From positions 1-64,000 of the IMG/VR virus record IMGVR_UViG_3300001580_001418: DNA of 64,000 nucleotides; one strand, written 5' to 3'. The DNA is from a virus (taxonomy: Duplodnaviria > Caudoviricetes). Both the position numbers and the translations under genes were made by a program. The notes beneath the pieces were generated by a model. It saw only the letters and a program-made list of their open reading frames with translations, searched no databases and was not told the DNA's origin. Shown here in pieces: positions 37,660 through 48,137 of the stretch. How positions within the stretch are numbered: position 1 is the stretch's first letter; every line of letters begins with the position of its first letter.

Positions 37660-39575
37660 TCAACCTTTCCTTGCAGCGTAATAACTGTCTGCATCTGCCC
37701 CGACTTGGCATCCTTACTTCTTGTCCAGCTCGCAATCATCCCGTCCCTCACCGTAACTGCCGGAATCTGCTCACCCCTACCAGCAGGCAACGTCCCAAAC
37801 TCAGCTCTCCATCCAATATCAACATCAACGTCCTTGGGCAACATCAACTGCCGTTCAATCGTATACTGATAACTCACAGCATTCCTTTTTACTTCGGTAA
37901 GAAGTGCCGCAGCATCTGCCCAAGTACAAATATTTGGGTTGCTCACTACCAGTGCTGCAACGTCCATTGACCCTTGAGAACTCGGCTTTTCTTCAGCATA
38001 AACCTGTAATTTTCTATAAGGTTTGGGGTGTTTTGGCACCCTTCCCTTTATATTGTCCACCGTTGAGGTATGCTTTCCATCCCCAAGCTGTCTAAGCAAG
38101 CCACCGAGCGTCCTATGATACGTAACCTTCTGATACAAATCGTTCGTAATCTGCCTATAAAATACATATCTTTCCTCAACTACTGCCCGAGCCATATATG
38201 GGCCGCCTGGGGCATCTCCCTCTTGCATCCACCACCAATCGCCAAGGTCCAATTCGTAATACGTTTCCTTCCCGTAACTTGTTTGCCTGAAGCAATCCGA
38301 CTCCCGACTCATTGTCTCAGCAATAAGGTTTCCGTTCGGAGCGTAAACCCAGGTCTCCTCAATTTTATCCACCTTCTGTTTATAGTACCTACTTGGAGTA
38401 AATCCAGGGGCATAAACAAGCATCCATGTGTATCTGCCAGTCTCGGTTACTCTCTTAGTCATTCTTGGCTTGTCAAACTGCTCGTCCAAAAATTCATACG
38501 TGTACGTCTCCATTGAATCATACGTGGTCACATCGGGAAGCCCACTGACCGAGAGGAGACGATTCTGCGTCGTCACATGCCTCGACAGCAAAGCCTTGTT
38601 GTTCCCAAATGGGTCCAACCGCCAGTTTTCTTCGGTCGTCGTGTAATCGGACATCGGCTGCCCCATCGGTAACTGTACGTTGTATTCCCCCGTACCAGAC
38701 AACCTTGTTCCGAGGAACCTGTTGACCGCACTCATATCTCCATTCATTCGTAAATACATCTGCATTCCGCTCTCAGACCCGATTGTATTCCTTACTATGA
38801 CACTCTTTTCCGCTTCCACCCTACCCTTATATTTCGATCTATCCCATTCGCCCAACCCACCCATCACCTTGATATATGTCACCTTGCTATCGTAGTTGAA
38901 CGTTTCTTTTTGGCTCGCGTGGGAAATCTTATCGAAGGAAACCGAACCATTCCGATACGGCTGGTTGAAAATGTAAAGGACTCCCTCATCGATATAAATC
39001 GTGGGTTTCAGAAAATTAACTACAGAAACGATCGTGTCAAAATAGGAAGACTGAATGTCCGCACTTACCTGCCTCAACCAGTACGAGCGCACGTTGCAAA
39101 TTAATTGCAACCCCATTCTCGCCACCAAATCGATTATCACATCGCTTGACGACCACCCCCCGGCAAGCGTCCTCTCGTTGCACACCTTGATCAACGGGAT
39201 ATAATCAAGATACGAATAATCGACCACCATATTACTGCCAGAATTGGCAATCTGAAACTCTTCGAGTTCATTGGGGGTCATCGACATATACATCAGGCTC
39301 TTCGATGGCGCCTTTCTAATAACATCCACCACCTTCGAGACCCCACCTATCACGGTCTGGTAACCCTCTGGACCAGAATTATACTCCCGTGTCGTCACAA
39401 ACCCATTTATTCCTCTTATCGTTATGTCAGACCCAGGCGGATAGCCAGCCTCAACACTCGGCAAGGTGAGCGAGAAATCTTCTCCAGCGGATTCTTTAGC
39501 CCTACTGATTACATAATCAGATACAGGCGTGATTCCGAATGATAATTCCTTAATATCAACCAATCGACCCATCAA
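37656..39575 (-). CDS. Tail hub/baseplate-like protein
   Basis: 639 aa, directly after the tape measure gene. Confidence 0.55.
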   Translation of the reverse strand: MMGRLVDIKELSFGITPVSDYVISRAKESAGEDFSLTLPSVEAGYPPGSDITIRGINGFVTTREYNSGPEGYQTVIGGVSKVVDVIRKAPSKSLMYMSMTPNELEEFQIANSGSNMVVDYSYLDYIPLIKVCNERTLAGGWSSSDVIIDLVARMGLQLICNVRSYWLRQVSADIQSSYFDTIVSVVNFLKPTIYIDEGVLYIFNQPYRNGSVSFDKISHASQKETFNYDSKVTYIKVMGGLGEWDRSKYKGRVEAEKSVIVRNTIGSESGMQMYLRMNGDMSAVNRFLGTRLSGTGEYNVQLPMGQPMSDYTTTEENWRLDPFGNNKALLSRHVTTQNRLLSVSGLPDVTTYDSMETYTYEFLDEQFDKPRMTKRVTETGRYTWMLVYAPGFTPSRYYKQKVDKIEETWVYAPNGNLIAETMSRESDCFRQTSYGKETYYELDLGDWWWMQEGDAPGGPYMARAVVEERYVFYRQITNDLYQKVTYHRTLGGLLRQLGDGKHTSTVDNIKGRVPKHPKPYRKLQVYAEEKPSSQGSMDVAALVVSNPNICTWADAAALLTEVKRNAVSYQYTIERQLMLPKDVDVDIGWRAEFGTLPAGRGEQIPAVTVRDGMIASWTRSKDAKSGQMQTVITLQGKVE

Positions 39576-41875
39576 GATTCTCCCACCGCTGATCGTACCT
39601 CTTCGCGCAACTCGTCTTTTTCACCCCAGGTCTGTCCTTTGGGCGTTCTCTCTCCCCGAGTCTCCCTTGCTAAATTATTCGCTATGTCCTGAAGAAGTTT
39701 GGTGTTCGCGCTGATATTTTTCAGGCTGTCATTGTCCTCTGCGCCACGCTTATCCTCTTTCTCCATTTGCTTCAGCATTGATTCGAGCGACTTGTTCATA
39801 TATTCTTGGGCTTTAAAAAAGTCCCCCTTCCCCATAGCAATTCCAAACATTTCTTGGTAGGCTTTCCCAGCAACCCCATACTCTTTTTTCTCCGTGGCCG
39901 TTCCAAGAACATCGGTGAGCATCTTTTCTCGCTCAACGCCAAATCCTTCCATTCGATACCTTTTCTCCTCTCCGATATCCCTCTTTTTGACATAACCCCG
40001 CCATTCCTCTGTCGTTATGGCTCCATAGTCCCACTTCTCCCGCATCGCCATGTTTTCCTTCTGCCGTCTTGTCTCTATATCATAAGGGCTCTCCACTTCC
40101 TCGCGTCCAGCGAGAGCGCCAGCCATCGTCTTCCAAGATTGGTAATATCCAAGTCTCTGTTCTGGCTTCATTTCGAATGGCGTTGGTTCTTTCCACTCAG
40201 CCCCCATTATTCCAGCTTCTTCTTTGCTCTTAGGCGTCCAGAGTGGCTTCTTCATCCACTTCTCGAACTCACCCGGCTCGCGTTTAACCTCAAGACCCCT
40301 ACGGCGCGTTTCTTCTTCCCAAATGGTATCGAACGTCTTAATATTTTTGAGCGCTTTTTTACCCTGTTCAACCCTCTCCTTGTCTGCATCTGACGGTTCC
40401 CATCCCTCAACTTTCTTTTTCGTACCCCATATACTTTGGGCCGTCTCTTCTAATGACTTGGCAAGACTAACGCCGCCGTCAACAATAAGGCCAATTATTT
40501 CAGCCCATCCTTGAAGCGCTGGTCCTGCTATACCCCCGATGAGCGCTCCCTTTGGTCCACCCATGGCATATCCAATCGCCGCACCACCAGCCGCTTCAAT
40601 TCCGACGGCCTTAAGGGGATTCTCCAAGCGGTACGATTTCATCGATGCTTCTACTCCAGCCATGGCGCTTCCTATCGCAGGCAATAGAATTTCTGTAAAT
40701 GCCGTGGCCGCCGTTTCCGCAACGAACTTGAAAGTAGCTTTCAATGCATTTGCGAGAGGCTCCTTGGCTTCAGCCCACACCTTCGCTAATTCTTCCTGGG
40801 CGTTTGCCCAAACCTTTTTCAAAACATCAGCAAGATCACTCAAGGAAGAAATTCCTTCCCAGTCAATGCCTTTCGTAAAAACATCCGCAATCCTATCTGC
40901 AACGCTTTCCAGGAAGGAATTAATCTGTTCGGTCCATTTCTGGACCTTATCGGTCTTAAAAAAACGATCAAGCGAATCGTTCAGTTTAAGCAGATAATCC
41001 ACAACTTTTTGGTAAATTCCAGTCTTTCCGAGACGGTCTAACCACATCTCGTACTTATCTTTCACGTTTCCCATCTGTATTCCGAGGTTCTTCGCCGCCA
41101 TTGCCATCGTATCAGCACCGACAAATTCGTCTGTCCATGCCTTCAATGCTTTTATTGCTTCCTGCGGAGAGCCTTTCATCTGCTCCATCGTCATGTTTGC
41201 GCTACGTGCAATTGATTCTACTGGCACATCAAACCTAAACTGAAGGCTTCTCCAGTTCCCGGCAAGAGCCTCACGTATTGCCATCATTGCTCCAACAACG
41301 CCCTGCTCCGGTCTCATCGTAAGCATGCCCTGAATGATGTTCATGAAGTCTTTCATCAGCCTTACGTCGCCTTCCATCAGACCAGTTTTCGTTGCCGGAA
41401 TAAAGGCAAGGGACTGCATCGACTGCATGACGTCTTTGTACATGGCGGGATATTCGGCAGCATACTCCTTAGCAAAAGTGGATACCTTCTTCACTGCATC
41501 CCAGCTTTTCAACGCACCATACAGCGAAATCTCCATCTGTTGAAAACCTTCTGTGGTCTTCAGCATGGATGTCGTCCATGATGTAAAACCGGCCACTGCA
41601 ACACCACCAACAACGGCAGCCAGGGTGCCTACTACCGTTGTAACAGCCGCCGCTGTGGTGAGAAGAGTTCCAAGACCCGAGGCTGCCTGAGCCGCTCCAC
41701 CCTTCATGCTTGTAAAAAGGGCAGATACTTCCTGCTCGGCCTTCTTGGCGCTCTCCGACATTGGGCGAAACCATTGCCCACCACCATAAATTCGCGTGGC
41801 ACCTTCTAACTCGAAAAGCTCGGACTTAATCTTTTGGAAACCGATTGATTCGTACTTTACTGTGATGTCGCCCAT
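39572..41875 (-). CDS. Tape measure protein
   Basis: Ala/Gly-rich helical protein with hydrophobic segments, after the chaperone pair. Confidence 0.8.
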   Translation of the reverse strand: MGDITVKYESIGFQKIKSELFELEGATRIYGGGQWFRPMSESAKKAEQEVSALFTSMKGGAAQAASGLGTLLTTAAAVTTVVGTLAAVVGGVAVAGFTSWTTSMLKTTEGFQQMEISLYGALKSWDAVKKVSTFAKEYAAEYPAMYKDVMQSMQSLAFIPATKTGLMEGDVRLMKDFMNIIQGMLTMRPEQGVVGAMMAIREALAGNWRSLQFRFDVPVESIARSANMTMEQMKGSPQEAIKALKAWTDEFVGADTMAMAAKNLGIQMGNVKDKYEMWLDRLGKTGIYQKVVDYLLKLNDSLDRFFKTDKVQKWTEQINSFLESVADRIADVFTKGIDWEGISSLSDLADVLKKVWANAQEELAKVWAEAKEPLANALKATFKFVAETAATAFTEILLPAIGSAMAGVEASMKSYRLENPLKAVGIEAAGGAAIGYAMGGPKGALIGGIAGPALQGWAEIIGLIVDGGVSLAKSLEETAQSIWGTKKKVEGWEPSDADKERVEQGKKALKNIKTFDTIWEEETRRRGLEVKREPGEFEKWMKKPLWTPKSKEEAGIMGAEWKEPTPFEMKPEQRLGYYQSWKTMAGALAGREEVESPYDIETRRQKENMAMREKWDYGAITTEEWRGYVKKRDIGEEKRYRMEGFGVEREKMLTDVLGTATEKKEYGVAGKAYQEMFGIAMGKGDFFKAQEYMNKSLESMLKQMEKEDKRGAEDNDSLKNISANTKLLQDIANNLARETRGERTPKGQTWGEKDELREEVRSAVGES

Positions 41876-41906
41876 TTATCGCTCCATTAAGAATATCGTT
41901 AAACTT

Positions 41907-42632
41907 CTAAGCCCTTCCCGTCTTTGTTGCCTCATCTATTTCGCTGAGAATCCGGTCAAGCTGTCCTTCGGCTCGAAGCTTATCTAAATACCATTCGGGT
42001 GGGCTTGCATCAGAATCTTGCCATCCAGGCGGGTAAAGTTTTGACCTCTTAATGTCGATCATGATCATCTTTTTTACGTGGTCTAATGTAAACGGTATCT
42101 TTTTCGTTTGCGCCTGCTTATAGAAAAGCCACAACTTATCGTTCATCGAACATCGCTTAGCCACAATGCCATACTTCCCAAGACAAGAATCGGCGCGCTC
42201 CTTATCCCACCTTTTCTCTGGTACCATCTTTGACCAGAACCGTTTCGAAACAGCAGTCTTCCCTGCCACCTGAGAATAATCAAAATACTCGATGTCGAAC
42301 GGGAATGCATAAAGAGGATCTTGCTGCCATCGTTCGGCCATTTTCTTTTTACTATCTCTATCCTTTTTCGCCTTCGGATCGTATCCCCACTGAACCATTG
42401 CCTGGCGTTCCATCTCTTTAAAGATTCTCCTCTGCATGTAATACCAATACATCCGGACCAACGGCCTCGTCATTTTGGTCTGGATGTATTCTCTGTTATA
42501 CCCATACTGATGGGCAAAGGCTTCGTAAATTTCGCCTAAGCTGGGGTAGGTTCGGTCTTCTCTTTCTTCTCCTCTATCACTGCTGAGGGCGCCTTCCCCA
42601 TTCCTATCATCCCCAGCAGTTTCTGGAAATTT
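41907..42632 (-). CDS. Tail assembly chaperone frameshift extension (gpT-like)
   Basis: The -1 frame is open from the slippery heptamer A AAT TTC (42632-42626) into ORF 41907-42473. Confidence 0.7.
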   Translation of the reverse strand, partial: KFPETAGDDRNGEGALSSDRGEEREDRTYPSLGEIYEAFAHQYGYNREYIQTKMTRPLVRMYWYYMQRRIFKEMERQAMVQWGYDPKAKKDRDSKKKMAERWQQDPLYAFPFDIEYFDYSQVAGKTAVSKRFWSKMVPEKRWDKERADSCLGKYGIVAKRCSMNDKLWLFYKQAQTKKIPFTLDHVKKMIMIDIKRSKLYPPGWQDSDASPPEWYLDKLRAEGQLDRILSEIDEATKTGRA

Positions 42633-43084
42633 TCTTGGCTCTCCTTGGGAAGCCCTTCACTACTGAAGTTTTGCAGATAGAAGACCGCTGCAACGTGCTT
42701 CAATTGAAGAAGCGTGAGCTTACTTTTCACTTCCTCGACGGGAAGGTCAAGAATCATGTGAATCCAATCGGGGACCTTTCCACCCCCGATAATCGATTCA
42801 ATAGGAGACTTTCTCATGTCAGAGAGCGCCTCCTTGTCTACTGGACACTCTTCGATCTTTTTCCCGACAGCATTTTTCACTACCTTTCCACATTTCGGGC
42901 ACTTCCGGTCGGGGTTGAAAATATCATCGAAATATAGTGCGATGTCTTTCGACACCAGCTCTAGCTGGCCTTCCCATAACGGGTAAAGCTCGTACGCCTT
43001 TTCTCCAATCACAATAATTCGCTTATTTTGTTCTGGTAACAGCACTGCCAATTCATCTGGCACTGGAACTTCTTTTGCGCCCAT
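42536..43084 (-). CDS. Tail assembly chaperone (gpG-like)
   Basis: Position before the tape measure gene; slippery site near the 3' end. Confidence 0.7.
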   Translation of the reverse strand: MGAKEVPVPDELAVLLPEQNKRIIVIGEKAYELYPLWEGQLELVSKDIALYFDDIFNPDRKCPKCGKVVKNAVGKKIEECPVDKEALSDMRKSPIESIIGGGKVPDWIHMILDLPVEEVKSKLTLLQLKHVAAVFYLQNFSSEGLPKESQENFQKLLGMIGMGKAPSAVIEEKKEKTEPTPA

Positions 43085-43147
43085 CGTCGTCTCCTCTTCC
43101 GGAGCTCAGGGGAAGCCATCTTCCCCTTGTCGCCCCTTCATTAAAGT

Positions 43148-44023
43148 TTATGCAATCGTGATCTTTGCAGACCATCCAATCGAACTCTCGTTGATCGAAA
43201 CCATACCCGCGGCATCCTTTGCAATAACACCGATGAAATAATCACCGGCATCCAGAGCGGCCAGCTCCATCGTCGCCTGATCGAATTTCTGTGTCAGGTT
43301 TACACCCGAGGACGCCAGGCTTGCCTCACGATCGGCAACGGAAGCAAGGCTGTTCGGCTCAATCGAAGTCGGTACAATCGTTGCCTTGATGCAGTAAATA
43401 TCGTAATACCTGATTACTGCATCGGCTGGTTTCGTCCATGCAACGGTGATTCCTCCAGAAACCGAACCGGTCCCACTAACACCACTTGGCGTGGTCGGCC
43501 TTTCAAGCTGTGCCTTAATCCCGGGCTGGCTATTCTCTCCAAGGGGAGATGCAAATGACTTCGCTTGCTGGACAATCCAGCCAACTTCCCCGTCCACAAG
43601 AAGAGCACCTTCACCAGTCGCTGGAATGGTAAGGTCTGCGCCAACCGTAGTCGGAATAAACCAGTCCTTCACGTTCCCGTACTTATCCATCAACACGCAT
43701 GGAACGTTCGCAACAAACCCCGCCAAATTAGCCGCAGGCGTCACGCTTAGCGTCGTCCCACCCGACGTGAACGCAGTGTCAATCAAACTCTGAGAAACAT
43801 TACGTCGGATTCCAGATGGCCTGCCATCCAAAAGGTCAGCGATCAAATCATCTACATTCTCCATGATCGGTGACGCTCCGGATGCGGTCGCCTTTAAGAA
43901 AAAATTCTCAGTGGCACCTAACTCCGTATCCACCCGGTACCTTTCGATGTCAACCGTCACTTGAGTCAACGTCTGAACACCGGTAATCGGGTTCGTATAT
44001 TCAACCGAAATATTCTTTCCCAT
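43148..44023 (-). CDS. Tail structural protein with C-terminal FN3-like domain
   Basis: PTTPSGV...ITVAWT.P...YYDIY; strong RBS. Confidence 0.55.
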   Translation of the reverse strand: MGKNISVEYTNPITGVQTLTQVTVDIERYRVDTELGATENFFLKATASGASPIMENVDDLIADLLDGRPSGIRRNVSQSLIDTAFTSGGTTLSVTPAANLAGFVANVPCVLMDKYGNVKDWFIPTTVGADLTIPATGEGALLVDGEVGWIVQQAKSFASPLGENSQPGIKAQLERPTTPSGVSGTGSVSGGITVAWTKPADAVIRYYDIYCIKATIVPTSIEPNSLASVADREASLASSGVNLTQKFDQATMELAALDAGDYFIGVIAKDAAGMVSINESSIGWSAKITIA

Positions 44024-44045
44024 TTCCTCATTCCTCCTTTCTAAA

Positions 44046-44330
44046 TTAAGTTGCTGTGTGTCTTCTCATCACGACTCGCGCGTTATAGAGATCGAGCGCT
44101 TCGTGAATCGCCTCTCTACCTACATCTCCAACAATCACCCATCCATCAACGGCTTCCGCCTCAAACTCCAGAATCTTTTCTTGCAGTTCAGCGGTCGTGA
44201 TCCAGTGAAATCGGTATCCTTTCGTTTCGATAAAACCAAGCTCCTGAATCACTGATTCACCATCGATCGTCGGGGTCTCAGCGCGCCTCGCAGTCTTTAA
44301 TGGTTTATCAAACACAGTTGAGTAGCCCAT
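44046..44330 (-). CDS. Small tail-region protein
   Basis: Co-oriented ORF with RBS. Confidence 0.55.
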   Translation of the reverse strand: MGYSTVFDKPLKTARRAETPTIDGESVIQELGFIETKGYRFHWITTAELQEKILEFEAEAVDGWVIVGDVGREAIHEALDLYNARVVMRRHTAT

Positions 44331-44377
44331 CTCTCACCCTCTACGCATCAGCGTAAAATCAAACCAAAAAAACTCAT

Positions 44378-45109
44378 TTACGGCGTTCCCTCATCATCGT
44401 AAATCTCCACCGTCTCTTCGACGTTCGGCTTATCAGTCAGGTTCAAAGTCGTCGTTCTTGAAATCTTGTACCATTCGCTAATCGCATCCAGCTCTACGAC
44501 AGAAAACAGTTCAGGCGTAATCATGTTTTCCCTGGCCTGGGCCACCGTGTTCCCAATATACTTCGTCAGTTCAACGGTGAACTTCTGCCAGTCAGTCACG
44601 CTCTTGCTCACCTCAACCCTATTGATATAAAGCCCGCTTTCGGAGATTATCGGTTCATCCCCTACTGCTGGTTTAATCAATACCTGCCCAGCATACGTAT
44701 TTCCCCGATCAGCGACCCCCATCCCTGCTGGCGGATCCCCCTTTCCATTAAGGGTAATCGTGATCTTCTTTCTAAAAAAGATAAGACCATCTGTATACGT
44801 CAGCTTGTCCCCAAGAGAAGGCGACGTATCAGGCTGGGTCGCCAGCATGTGGGGAGTGGTCACTTCCTCTTCTTCGGACATCGTTACTGTTTCCAGTGGC
44901 ACCTCAAGGCTGTTCCTGGACGGATCTGTCGATTTTCCAATTCCATAAGCCTGCGCACAAAACGACGGGTTCCCTCTTCTCAAATTGTCGCTAAACTTCA
45001 AAGAGAAAATGTCCGTATCGAACCCATCCCGATACTCCAACTGCTCAGTCAAAAAGCCATGGCTCTCAGTCTCAACCGCACCTGCACAACCAAACTTCGG
45101 ATATCCCAT
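44378..45109 (-). CDS. Putative tail protein
   Basis: AAGGAGGT RBS; position after neck genes. Confidence 0.5.
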   Translation of the reverse strand: MGYPKFGCAGAVETESHGFLTEQLEYRDGFDTDIFSLKFSDNLRRGNPSFCAQAYGIGKSTDPSRNSLEVPLETVTMSEEEEVTTPHMLATQPDTSPSLGDKLTYTDGLIFFRKKITITLNGKGDPPAGMGVADRGNTYAGQVLIKPAVGDEPIISESGLYINRVEVSKSVTDWQKFTVELTKYIGNTVAQARENMITPELFSVVELDAISEWYKISRTTTLNLTDKPNVEETVEIYDDEGTP

Positions 45110-45125
45110 TTTCCCACCTCCTTTT

Positions 45126-45602
45126 TTATGGCAGGACAGATTCCCGCCAGACATAGACGTTATAATCAATCGCTTCCACGTTCACTGTATCCGCAGCGGC
45201 CTCGGGCAGTGACCGCGAACCCCTAAATCTTGGAATTAAGACGTTTCCTGTCGGCGTCGGGTTAAGCTCATCGTGAGAAAAATCAAGCAGTTCAATTACA
45301 TCAATATTCAGCTCTTCCTGAACCTCATCGACCATTTTCACAAGCTCCACCCCATACTTGTCTTTTGCGATGATCGTATTGCAATTAATTTGCAAAAGGC
45401 TCACACAAAAGATCCCCTGCCCGACTCGGAATAGCGGAATATCTATCCACTTCCAATAACCAGAGACCTCATTCTTAATCCGTTCTTCTAACGTTTCATC
45501 CCCCGGTGCAGAATAGTTAATATAATAGTTCGCGCTCAATCGCTCCCTGAGAAACTTGTAAAAACTTCTTTTGATATTCAGCTCTCGGTCTTTATCTAAC
45601 AT
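45126..45602 (-). CDS. Putative tail terminator
   Basis: Synteny and size. Confidence 0.45.
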   Translation of the reverse strand: MLDKDRELNIKRSFYKFLRERLSANYYINYSAPGDETLEERIKNEVSGYWKWIDIPLFRVGQGIFCVSLLQINCNTIIAKDKYGVELVKMVDEVQEELNIDVIELLDFSHDELNPTPTGNVLIPRFRGSRSLPEAAADTVNVEAIDYNVYVWRESVLP

Positions 45603-45603
45603 T

Positions 45604-46053
45604 TCACACCCAAACGTTATGAATGTTCGAAAGAAGCCTCTCACCGATTTCTTTCGCAGATTTGTCAAGATCCTCTTGGGTCAATCTTACGAACCCCAAC
45701 GGCTTCGTCCCTGGATGAAAAACCCTATGAGCAAAAATCGTCTCTCCATCAATTTCAAACTTCAGTGCTCCGCCTTCCTTTGCCTCGATAACGTGAGGCC
45801 GTGTCCCAAACTCAAGAAACGTTACTTCTTTCTCCTTACCATCAGGGCTAATTTCCCAAACAATCGCATTCTCCGTCTTGTGATAGTGAATCGTCCACGA
45901 AGCGGACGTCTTGCCTGTTTTTCTTGGCGTTCTTGCCGCAATAACTGTCAAAAAATACGTGGCAAGGGCATACGTTTGAGTCTCGGCAACAGAGAAAAGC
46001 CTCAATGTTCTTCTGATCTTTTCCTTCAGCTCTCTCGTCTCAACGCTTATCAA
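45604..46053 (-). CDS. HK97 gp10-like neck protein
   Basis: TPRKTG...FLEFGTRPHVI...HPGTKP. Confidence 0.75.
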   Translation of the reverse strand: MISVETRELKEKIRRTLRLFSVAETQTYALATYFLTVIAARTPRKTGKTSASWTIHYHKTENAIVWEISPDGKEKEVTFLEFGTRPHVIEAKEGGALKFEIDGETIFAHRVFHPGTKPLGFVRLTQEDLDKSAKEIGERLLSNIHNVWV

Positions 46054-46460
46054 ACTGCCCTCCCAACCACCGTGGTCCTGCCAATGTCCACGTCCCAATA
46101 CGGGACTTGAATAACCCTGTACGTTTTCCCCTGGTACATGATTTCGTCCGTCTCCTTCACTTCCTCGTAAAAAATGAACTTCATATCGGTCAACTCAATT
46201 TTCCCCCTGCTCGCCATCACTTCCCTTGTGCTAACCCTCGAAACGTAAACATCGAGATCTGCAAGGCCAGGCACCAATTCAGTAGTAGGCTCAATGCCGA
46301 GATCTGGTCTCCCTTCCTGAGTAACCGTATACCGTAGGATATCCGCCTTTTTATTAAACTGAAGGCTTCTCAATACGTCCCAACCCTTCCTGAGCAGCGT
46401 TCCAACCTCGGTCGCCTGCTCTTCTGTTATCCCATGGCTTGTCGTCGGGATCTTCCCCAT
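46050..46460 (-). CDS. Head closure protein
   Basis: DEIMYQGKTYRV; synteny. Confidence 0.55.
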   Translation of the reverse strand: MGKIPTTSHGITEEQATEVGTLLRKGWDVLRSLQFNKKADILRYTVTQEGRPDLGIEPTTELVPGLADLDVYVSRVSTREVMASRGKIELTDMKFIFYEEVKETDEIMYQGKTYRVIQVPYWDVDIGRTTVVGRAV

Positions 46461-46463
46461 AAC

Positions 46464-47162
46464 CTACCCCACTATAAAAACAGACCCACCAAATTTCTTC
46501 TCGAACCGAGCCTTGAAATCCTCAGCTTCCTTCATCAGCGAATCAGACGTGGCACCGAACGTTACTGACTCCCCATATCCAGAGACTGATTGAATCTCCT
46601 GTCCCTTCTTGCTCGCCATCATCTCTTTCGCTTCTCCTTTTGCCCACAGCATTAACGTATTCACATCTTCCTCTGGAAACGTTTCTTCCGTATGGGCCTG
46701 CGTCCAAATGAAAATCACTTTCAGTCCAGTAGCATTGGGTGGCGGTATGAGCCTCAGCATCTTTGTAACCCTATCGTACTCAAAATCCCCCGTGAACATG
46801 GCCTTATACTGTTCGATGCGTTGCATATACTGAAGCCAAATTGAAGGATTGTCAAAGAGACTAATTCCCTCTAACCTACCCCAAACTGCCGAATCAGGCC
46901 AAAAGTCTTCTGGTAAAAACTGGCTGCTCACGTTATAAAACACTTCCTTCACCCTAAGTATTCGCTGCTTTCCAGAAAGGTCATAAAGGGCCTTGTCCTT
47001 CTCCGTGGCAACAAAATCCAGAACCTTGATTGGACTATGCTTCGAATACTCGGTAACCGCACTTATCACAGCGTCTTTGGCCTGATCGTCAGAGAGCTGC
47101 GCGGTCGTGAGATTTCCAAGTCCAAGTCTGAGCTTATCCTTCAGATCGTCCATTCTCGACAT
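46464..47162 (-). CDS. Head-tail adaptor
   Basis: LRLIPPP; synteny. Confidence 0.55.
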   Translation of the reverse strand: MSRMDDLKDKLRLGLGNLTTAQLSDDQAKDAVISAVTEYSKHSPIKVLDFVATEKDKALYDLSGKQRILRVKEVFYNVSSQFLPEDFWPDSAVWGRLEGISLFDNPSIWLQYMQRIEQYKAMFTGDFEYDRVTKMLRLIPPPNATGLKVIFIWTQAHTEETFPEEDVNTLMLWAKGEAKEMMASKKGQEIQSVSGYGESVTFGATSDSLMKEAEDFKARFEKKFGGSVFIVG

Positions 47163-47490
47163 TTAACATCTCCTTCTCTCTTGAGAGAATTGCATCAAGC
47201 ACGTCTCGATTGGTTTCTTCCTGCCCAAGTCTATCCAGATCCTCAAGGCTCGCCGCAACCTTAACTTGGGCAAGCTTTCTCCGGATCCTCTTTCCTTCGT
47301 CAACATCAGCCGTAAGCTTGATTCGTTCCTTCTCCTTGTCGATAAGCTCCCTTACATCCAACACCCCGCTCATATCCTCGGTATAGCTTTGCCCAGGCTT
47401 CAAATGAATCGGGTTAAAATGCCTGTCGTAAAAAATCTGCGGCACCTTTGTTTCGTTCTTAAAAACTCTCGTCTTCGTCGTCATTTTCAT
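47134..47490 (-). CDS. Hypothetical protein
   Basis: Coupled ORF. Confidence 0.55.
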   Translation of the reverse strand: MKMTTKTRVFKNETKVPQIFYDRHFNPIHLKPGQSYTEDMSGVLDVRELIDKEKERIKLTADVDEGKRIRRKLAQVKVAASLEDLDRLGQEETNRDVLDAILSREKEMLNVENGRSEG

Positions 47491-48137
47491 GCCTCCTTTA
47501 ATACGAAAATTTTGTTTCCGTGGGTTTCAAATATCTGTGTATATCCGAACCTGCCAAAGATTCCTCCATGTTCAATGGTTTCATCCAGGCACACCACTTC
47601 AAATCGGTGGTGCTCCAAAAGCGGCCCTTCCCTTTCAACCACAATGACCTTTGGTCTATAATTGCTCTTCTCGAAAAGGTTTTTTATTATCCTGTAATCC
47701 AGTCCTTCCGTGTCTACAGATAGCAAGTCAAGGTCTATTGGAATCCCTTCCTCCTCCAGGACATCGGATAATGTTCTTGTCATAATCTCCCCTTTTTCTT
47801 CAGATTCCTGCTCAAAAACCAAGGAATTGTGCCCCGGGGTTTTGTGTATATATGTCGTCGCAACTTCCCTCAAATCGGATACCGCAATATTCAGAATCTT
47901 GATGTTTTTTCTTTCTTTCACCGCCTCTCTCAACGGATCCCAAAAAACTTCAACGGGCATTGGCTCAATCAAAAGACCTCCCCAATTGCCGGACACAATC
48001 AAGTCGTAAGTGTTCGACAGCTCTATTCCGAAAGCCCCCACATCGACAAGCAATCTATATTTCGGGCGAACTTCCTCGAAGTACCTTCTCAAAAAATTCC
48101 CTTCTCCAAACTGGCTATGATCGATCTCATCCATCAC
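47487..48137 (-). CDS. FkbM-family methyltransferase
   Basis: VDVGA...SNT...W.GLLIEP...LLSVDTEGLD. Confidence 0.85.
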   Translation of the reverse strand: MMDEIDHSQFGEGNFLRRYFEEVRPKYRLLVDVGAFGIELSNTYDLIVSGNWGGLLIEPMPVEVFWDPLREAVKERKNIKILNIAVSDLREVATTYIHKTPGHNSLVFEQESEEKGEIMTRTLSDVLEEEGIPIDLDLLSVDTEGLDYRIIKNLFEKSNYRPKVIVVEREGPLLEHHRFEVVCLDETIEHGGIFGRFGYTQIFETHGNKIFVLKEA

